The notes beneath the pieces are model-generated. The model worked only from the letters and a program-made list of their open reading frames with translations. It had not been told where the DNA came from and did no database searches. Below are positions 7,700 through 12,833 of a stretch of 12,833 nucleotides of DNA, in pieces (the stretch's first letter is position 1; the number at the start of each line of letters is the position of its first letter). The stretch comes from Candidatus Eiseniibacteriota bacterium (GTDB taxonomy: Bacteria > Eisenbacteria > RBG-16-71-46), in contig JANLOX010000135.1 of NCBI GenBank assembly GCA_031366795.1, positions 1 to 12,833 on the forward strand. The letters run 5' to 3'. Both the position numbers and the translations under genes were made by a program.

Positions 7700-10044
7700 G
7701 TCCTCGTGTGCAGAAAGTGCGGATGTGGGAGCGGGCAGTGAGAGCGTTCCGCACGGTCGTTGCGATGATGTGCCTCGTCTTAGCGAGTATTGGCTCTGCT
7801 AGGGCGCTGGCGATCGGGGATCCGGTCCAGATCAGCAGCTTGCCGGATATTGAGAATCAGCCAGATATAGCTGTGTCGGGTGATGTCGCAGTTGCTGTCT
7901 GGATGAGCGTGCACGGTGGATGCAGCAGCGGAGCTGTCTGGGCTTTGTCAGGGGATGGTGGAGTAAGTTGGGGGCCGCAGGCGGCGCTCCCCAACGAAAT
8001 CCCAGACGTCCGGAGGGGCCAACCGACTATCTGCTCCGACGGCACCGGTGACTTCTATGCGGCGCGAATGAGTTGCTATCCTGGGTATACGATCGATGTA
8101 ATGCATGGCAAGTACGATGGTGTCACGGTGCTCTGGCAACCTCCCGTTGTCGCTGTGGCGGAGCCGTACGATAGTATAGAACAGGATCTGCCCCGCATTG
8201 CCTGCGATCCGGGGGGTAGCTTCGTGTACCTCAGCTACACGAACGACTATCAGCAGGTGTTCTTCATTTGCTCGACGGACAGCGGGGTGACATGGAGCGT
8301 CCCAGTCGCTTTGAGCCCGCCCACCTGTACGGGGTCGCGACCCGTAGTGGGACCGGACGGCGAGTTGTACGTGATCTGGCAGAACTTCGCCGCACTGCAA
8401 ATCATGGGCCGCAAGTCGATAGATCATGGGGCGAGCTTTGGTCCGCCGTTCCTGGTGGCCGACGTCCGGGATAACGTGCCCCCACTGCTCTCGTGGCAAG
8501 CGAACACGGATCGATCACATTGCTGTGCGGCTGGCTTTCTCTCCCTCGCGGTCGACCGAACCAACAGCCCCCGCCGGGGGGCGCTGTATGTAACCTGGAC
8601 GGAGCACGCCACAGGATCGATGGGTCCGATTTCAGGCAGCGTGGGCGAGGTCGAGCCAAACTACTATTACGCCCTCGCGACGCCATTTCAGGTCGGGCAG
8701 ACGGTCAACGGCTACGAGGCCTCGGCGGACGATCCCCCGTACACCGGGGACTGCGATATCTTCACGTTCGAGGCGACGGCGGGTACCACGCTATGGATCA
8801 CGGGTACGTTGAGCACCAGTTCTCATTCCTTCTCGCCCCCGGAGAGTTGGTCCTACGGCCTTGGCTGCGCGGGCGATACATTGCACGGCGCCTTCACACA
8901 CGGGCTGCTGCAGGTATCGGGGGCGGCGCCGCCGTTGATCTTCACCGTGCCTGAGACGGGACGATATTACCTGAACATTTCCTGTTCGATGTCCGCGTCC
9001 GCCGCTTACTCTCTGTCCGTCCAGACGCTGGAGGTCTCGCCAACCTCAGTGGCGAAGGATCACCGGGACGTGATGCTGGTGTCATCTACCAATGGCGGGC
9101 AGACGTGGTCGTCCCGGGTTCGTGTGAATGATGACTCACCCCGGTTCGACAACTCCCTCCCGGAGGTAGCGGTAGATGGCCTCGGCACCGTGCACGTGGC
9201 GTGGTACGACCGACGGGACGCCCCCGAATGCGGACAGCAAGTGCACACGTATTGGGCCTACTCGACGGACGGCGGGCAAACATTTCAGCGATCTCAGCGG
9301 TTGAGCACGACGACGCAAGACCTCCGCAACTTGGTGAACCAGGGCTGGCGTGTCGGGGATCACCTCGCGCTGGCGGGGGCAAGCGACCGGGTGTATGTGC
9401 TGTGGACGCAGATGACCGCGGCCCCCGGCGTGGCGGATGATGCGAATATTTACGGCGCGGTGATCAGCGACATTGTGACCGGTGCCGTCGTGACCCAACT
9501 CGAAGCCGACGTCGGTGAGGGCGAGATCGCGATAAAGTGGTCATTGGCGGCCCCTAGTCAGTTCACGACAGTGGTGCTCCAGCGCGCCGAACGGGACGCA
9601 GGTCCGTGGCTCCCAATCGTGGCCGATCAGACGGATCAAGGGGGCCTGACGGTGGCTTTGGATCGGACAGTGGAAGCGGGACAGACGTACTGGTACCGGC
9701 TGGTTGGCAGTACGCGCAGCGGATCTCAGTCAGTGTTCGGACCGGTCAAGGGCACATCCGCCTCACCGAAGCAGTTCGAGTTGGCCGGAGCGTGGCCGAA
9801 TCCAACCACGGGAGGACTCAAGGCTGAGTTCGCTGTGCCGCGCGAGGCGAACGTCAGGCTGAGCGTGGTCGATCTTCAGGGCCGCGAGGTAACAGTGCTG
9901 GCGGGTGGGACGTATGCGCCCGGTCGATACCAGGTGAGCTGGGACGGACGCGCGCGCGCCGGCCCACTACCGGCGGGACTGTACTTCGTGCGCTTCCGGA
10001 CTCCCGATCGATCACTGGTCTCCCGAGTCGTGATTTCGCCCTGA
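7696..10044 (+). CDS. Secreted BNR/Asp-box (sialidase-fold) beta-propeller protein with an inserted PPC-like domain, FN3-like domain and FlgD/T9SS-like C-terminal domain (782 aa)
   Basis: The start overlaps the upstream stop as ATGA (7696-7699). Signal peptide ..RAFRTVVAMMCLVLASIGSARALA. Five Asp-boxes: SGDGGVSW (7948), STDSGVTW (8272), SIDHGASF (8416), STNGGQTW (9085), STDGGQTF (9262). A PPC-like segment reads EVEPN..DIFTFEATAG..PETGRYYL. The C-terminus reads WPNPT..FAVP..VRLSVVDLQGREV..WDGR..AGLYFVR. Confidence 0.85.
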   Translation: MSPRVQKVRMWERAVRAFRTVVAMMCLVLASIGSARALAIGDPVQISSLPDIENQPDIAVSGDVAVAVWMSVHGGCSSGAVWALSGDGGVSWGPQAALPNEIPDVRRGQPTICSDGTGDFYAARMSCYPGYTIDVMHGKYDGVTVLWQPPVVAVAEPYDSIEQDLPRIACDPGGSFVYLSYTNDYQQVFFICSTDSGVTWSVPVALSPPTCTGSRPVVGPDGELYVIWQNFAALQIMGRKSIDHGASFGPPFLVADVRDNVPPLLSWQANTDRSHCCAAGFLSLAVDRTNSPRRGALYVTWTEHATGSMGPISGSVGEVEPNYYYALATPFQVGQTVNGYEASADDPPYTGDCDIFTFEATAGTTLWITGTLSTSSHSFSPPESWSYGLGCAGDTLHGAFTHGLLQVSGAAPPLIFTVPETGRYYLNISCSMSASAAYSLSVQTLEVSPTSVAKDHRDVMLVSSTNGGQTWSSRVRVNDDSPRFDNSLPEVAVDGLGTVHVAWYDRRDAPECGQQVHTYWAYSTDGGQTFQRSQRLSTTTQDLRNLVNQGWRVGDHLALAGASDRVYVLWTQMTAAPGVADDANIYGAVISDIVTGAVVTQLEADVGEGEIAIKWSLAAPSQFTTVVLQRAERDAGPWLPIVADQTDQGGLTVALDRTVEAGQTYWYRLVGSTRSGSQSVFGPVKGTSASPKQFELAGAWPNPTTGGLKAEFAVPREANVRLSVVDLQGREVTVLAGGTYAPGRYQVSWDGRARAGPLPAGLYFVRFRTPDRSLVSRVVISP

Positions 10045-10228
10045 GTCGGAGTAAAGATCAAGGGCTCTACGATCCCCACCAGATCAGAGTCGCGATGGAG
10101 GGTGCAGTCACGCAGGGCGCCGCAAATATATTAACCCAGATAAGCTGCGTACAAAGACATGTGTGATCGCTGCATCTCGCGTCCTCCCCGAGGCGCTTGC
10201 CGCGGGTGCCGGCGAGTCCGCCATTCCG

Positions 10229-10508
10229 CTAAATGGCTTTGCATGAATCGGCGAGGCCCGAAACGGAGTTTCGCCGCAACGAGTTGCGGGTCGCTCCGTC
10301 GCATCGGACAGCACTATGCAGGGCGTTTGATTGAAGCGATCGAAATACGCGAGGCCGCAAGCCCCTATCAGTATCGCCGGGCGGGCGTCGTTCGCGAGCG
10401 AGTCCATCTGAGATCCGGCAGCGACGACGGCTGTCTGCAGAAACGATTGGTCTGAACGAGGTTGAGACCTTCCCAATGGACATCACCGATTCATGCGAAA
10501 CGCTTTAG
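10229..10508 (-). mobile_element. MITE / IS remnant (right), about 280 bp with 26-bp terminal inverted repeats related to the left element
   Basis: The ends are CTAAATGGCTTTGCATGAATCGGCGA (10229-10254) and TCACCGATTCATGCGAAACGCTTTAG (10483-10508; reverse complement CTAAAGCGTTTCGCATGAATCGGTGA). They match the left element's end (2902-2927) at 22/26 and 23/26. Short collinear interior matches suggest this element is inverted relative to the left one. Confidence 0.62.
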
Positions 10509-10511
10509 ACT
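10506..10511 (+). promoter_or_regulatory. Putative -10 box (TAGACT) for a leaderless pduO transcript
   Basis: TAGACT (TAnnnT) lies 7 nt upstream of the GTG start at 10519, and no Shine-Dalgarno sequence is present. It overlaps the outer end of the right TIR. Confidence 0.5.
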
Positions 10512-10518
10512 CCGCGCC

Positions 10519-11061
10519 GTGAAGATCTACACGCGCGTGGGCGACGATGGCACGACGGGCACCCTGGGGCCTGGGCGTGTACCCAAATCCGACCTTCGGA
10601 TCGAGTCCTACGGGACCGTCGATGAGCTCAACGCCACATTGGGCGTGGCGCGCGCCGCCGATACCGACGGCTGGCTCGCCGCCGAGCTCGAGGCCATCCA
10701 GCGGCAGCTGTTCCAACTGGGTGCGGAGCTGGCGACGACCGACATGAGCCTGCTCGCCTCGCTGAGCCGCGTCAGTGACGCCCACGTCGAGGCGATGGAG
10801 CACGCGATCGACCGGCTCGAGGAGCCGCTGCCGCCGCTGCGCAACTTCGTGCTGCCGGCGGGTACCGCCCTGGCGGCCCAGCTGCACGTTGCCCGCACGG
10901 TGTGCCGGCGCGCCGAGCGCTGCGTCGTGGCGCTTGCCGCACAGGGGGAGCTCGAGCCGCGGTTGGTCCGTTACCTGAATCGCCTGAGCGACCTGCTGTT
11001 CGTCATGGCGCGCTGGAGCAACCACCGGGCGGGTGCCGCCGACGTGGAATGGCACCCCTGA
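10519..11061 (+). CDS. pduO: PduO-type ATP:cob(I)alamin adenosyltransferase (180 aa)
   Basis: Signature motifs: MKIYTRVGDDGTT, RVPKSDLRIESYGTVDELN, IQRQLFQLGAELA, FVLPAG..LHVARTVCRRAER, YLNRLSDLLFVMAR. The start is GTG 10519 rather than the track's 10462. Confidence 0.95.
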   Translation: MKIYTRVGDDGTTGTLGPGRVPKSDLRIESYGTVDELNATLGVARAADTDGWLAAELEAIQRQLFQLGAELATTDMSLLASLSRVSDAHVEAMEHAIDRLEEPLPPLRNFVLPAGTALAAQLHVARTVCRRAERCVVALAAQGELEPRLVRYLNRLSDLLFVMARWSNHRAGAADVEWHP

Positions 11062-11153
11062 AAGCGGCTGAATTCCCGGGTGCCGCGGGGTTTGCGGTTC
11101 CTCGGGGGACGACCCCGGGCGCAGGGGCGGGATTGAGGGGGCGAATCGAGCGC

Positions 11154-11183
11154 TGGACAGGGGGGCCCGGGCGCCACCATAAT
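11154..11183 (+). promoter_or_regulatory. Sigma70-like promoter upstream of rho
   Basis: TGGACA (11154-11159), an 18-nt spacer and CATAAT (11178-11183); each hexamer is 5/6 to consensus within a very GC-rich background. The predicted TSS is about 11190. Confidence 0.6.
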
Positions 11184-11189
11184 GCGTTA

Positions 11190-11510
11190 CCGCGTCATAA
11201 GGCAGTTCGTGCGCGAACGGTGGTGGTAGGAATGACGCCGCCCATGCGCCGGAAGCGGCCGGTTCGCCGGAGCGCTTCCGCCTGACGCGACACACCGAGT
11301 AAATCTCGGGGACGGCCTGTGCGCATCTGACCCAGGCCGGCCAGAACCACCTTGACCTCCCGACGCGGCGTACATGCGTCCCGCCGGGCAGGGTCAGTAC
11401 GGACAGCACGCAGCAATGGGCGAGCAGTCCTGAAGCGGCCGGATCCGCGTATTTTGCGAGGGTTTGTGCCGCCACTCTGGCGTGAATCGGCAGGCGGAAG
11501 TCGCCCGCCG
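11190..11510 (+). ncRNA. Candidate structured 5' leader / ncRNA upstream of rho
   Basis: Consecutive stems: GCGTCAT 11192-98/ATGACGC 11232-38 enclosing GTTCG/CGAAC; CGGAAGCG 11250-57/CGCTTCCG 11273-80 with CCGG-UUCG-CCGG; CCGAG/CTCGG 11295-11309; CGGCCTG/CAGGCCG 11313-11339; and GCCAGA 11340-45/TCTGGC 11476-81 enclosing three more hairpins. I did not recognise any known Rfam family. Confidence 0.4.
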
Positions 11511-11548
11511 GCGCACGTACACCGCAGTTTCGGAGCCAACATTATCCG

Positions 11549-12833
11549 ATGAGCATGAGACCACGTCGCCGTCGACCCCGCAGTCCCCGGCCGCTACAGG
11601 CGGGCGCAAGCCCCGCCGGTGAGCCCGGAATCGCCCCGCAGCCCACGAGCTTCGCGCCCCCGCCGCCGCCGCAACAGCCGTCTCGCCCGGCGCAGGGCCC
11701 GCAAGGGCAGCAAGGCCAGCAAGGTGGTCCACAGGGCCAACAGGGCCAGCAACGCCGGCGCCGGCGTCGCCGGGGAGGTGGCCGCCCGGTGAGCAACAAT
11801 GGCGCGCAGCCCTACACGGGCGGTGGGCAGCCGACCCAGAACGGTGGCCGTGAACGGGCGCCGCGGCCCCAGCAGGACTTGCAGCGCCGCCGGCGTCGCC
11901 CCAGCAGTGGCCGGGGTGGCGAGCGCGGACCGGGGCTCGATTGCCTCAAGGACCTGCAGCAGATCGGCGCAGCACTCGACCCGACCGAGCGCCTGATCCT
12001 CGAATTGCCGCCCGGCAAGGGCGATCCGCCCTACGGTGACCGCATCACCGGCCGCGCCATCGACCTGATCGCCCCGCTCGGGCGCGGGCAGCGCTGCCTG
12101 ATCGTCTCGCCGCCCAAGGCAGGCAAGACGCGCATCCTCCAGAGCATCGCGGCCTCGATCGCGTTCAACCATCCGGAAGTCGCGATTTACGCCATGCTGG
12201 TCGATGAGCGCCCCGAGGAAGTCACCGACTTCAAGCGCAACACGCCGGCCGAGGTGATCGCCGCCTCGAGTGACATGACGATCGCCGAGCACATCGAGAC
12301 CGCCGAGTACGCCATGCAGGTGGTGTCGAAGCAGGTGCTCGAGGGCAAGGACGTCGTGCTGTTGCTCGACTCGATCACGCGATTGGCGCGCGCCTACAAC
12401 AACAACGCCGATGGCAGCGGCCGCACCATGTCGGGCGGTCTCGATACCAACGCCATGCAGTCGCCGCGGCAGATCTTCGGCGCGGCGCGCAAGATCGAGG
12501 GCAGCGGTTCACTCACGATTCTCGGCACGGCCCTCGTCGACACCGGTTCACGCATGGACCAGGTGATCTTCGAGGAATTCAAGGGCACGGGTAACAGCGA
12601 GATCTACCTGTCGCGCGAGTTGGCCGAACGCCGCATCTACCCGGCGATCGACATCCCGAGGAGCGGTACGCGCAAGGAAGAGAAGCTCTACCCGTCCGAG
12701 ATCGTGCCGCGGCTGCACATCCTGCGGCGCGCCCTGGCGGGGCTGCACTCGCAGGAGTCGATGCAGAAGCTGCTCGACCTGCTGAACCGCTGGAAGACCA
12801 ACGAAGAGATTCTCAACCTGCTGAAGGTGAACG
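11549..12833 (+). CDS. rho: Rho-family transcription termination factor lacking the N-terminal RNA-binding domain (3' end outside the window)
   Basis: My manual translation (absent from the ORF track because no stop falls in the window) gives [23 protein letters not shown] (Walker A), [87 protein letters not shown]. The start is ATG 11549 (alternative 11555), with an in-frame TGA upstream at 11483-11485 and GGAG at 11532-11535. Confidence 0.92.
   Translation, partial: MSMRPRRRRPRSPRPLQAGASPAGEPGIAPQPTSFAPPPPPQQPSRPAQGPQGQQGQQGGPQGQQGQQRRRRRRRGGGRPVSNNGAQPYTGGGQPTQNGGRERAPRPQQDLQRRRRRPSSGRGGERGPGLDCLKDLQQIGAALDPTERLILELPPGKGDPPYGDRITGRAIDLIAPLGRGQRCLIVSPPKAGKTRILQSIAASIAFNHPEVAIYAMLVDERPEEVTDFKRNTPAEVIAASSDMTIAEHIETAEYAMQVVSKQVLEGKDVVLLLDSITRLARAYNNNADGSGRTMSGGLDTNAMQSPRQIFGAARKIEGSGSLTILGTALVDTGSRMDQVIFEEFKGTGNSEIYLSRELAERRIYPAIDIPRSGTRKEEKLYPSEIVPRLHILRRALAGLHSQESMQKLLDLLNRWKTNEEILNLLKVN
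11693..11752 (+). repeat. Gln/Gly tripeptide-like coding repeat in the Rho N-terminus
   Basis: Encodes [20 protein letters not shown], followed directly by RRRRRRR. Confidence 0.75.

Noticed and set aside
7696..10044. Calling the second cargo gene a true sialidase (GH33)
   Set aside because: Asp-boxes are present, but no RIP motif or evident catalytic Arg triad/Tyr; only the fold is supported.
2902..10508. Repeats read as integron attC sites or a CRISPR array
   Set aside because: There are no RYYYAAC/GTTRRRY ends and no integrase or cas genes. The copies are inverted pairs 150-230 bp apart, not direct repeats with regular spacers.
2772..10518. Recurrent peptide SPIHAKRF/SPIHAKPF in ORFs 2772..3005, 10108..10476 and 10462..
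   Set aside because: It is simply the translation of the TIR, not a protein motif.
10483..11475. 330-aa minus-strand ORF over pduO
   Set aside because: It is antisense to a well-supported gene and has no motifs.
11137..11548. pduO-rho intergenic region as tmRNA, RNase P RNA, SRP RNA, or a cobalamin or FMN riboswitch
   Set aside because: GGGGGCGAAT resembles a tmRNA 5' end, but there is no T-arm/CCA 3' end. GAGGAAAGTCC, the SRP loop, the B12-box and FMN consensus motifs were not found.
11594..12292. 232-aa minus-strand ORF and other short ORFs over rho
   Set aside because: They are antisense shadows of rho.

Overview
High-GC bacterial window. The C-terminal FlgD/T9SS-like tails and the long GreA suggest an FCB-related lineage such as Ca. 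Eisenbacteria; this is inference only. The host backbone is a long (~900 aa) GreA-domain protein on the minus strand, then a divergent PduO-type cob(I)alamin adenosyltransferase, then a Rho-family protein that runs off the right edge. Between greA and pduO lies a ~7.6-kb cassette (2902-10508). It is bracketed by two short IS-remnant/MITE-like elements carrying four copies of a ~26-bp terminal inverted repeat. The cassette holds two translationally coupled secreted proteins. The first is an AA5 galactose-oxidase-like copper radical oxidase with all Cu/radical residues intact and a complete second six-bladed Kelch propeller inserted at the loop that caps the active site. The second is a BNR/Asp-box propeller with an inserted PPC-like domain. 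The Rho homologue keeps an intact ATPase domain but has lost the canonical N-terminal RNA-binding (OB-fold) domain, which is replaced by an Arg/Gln/Gly/Pro-rich low-complexity region. It sits behind a sigma70-like promoter and a long, hairpin-rich leader.
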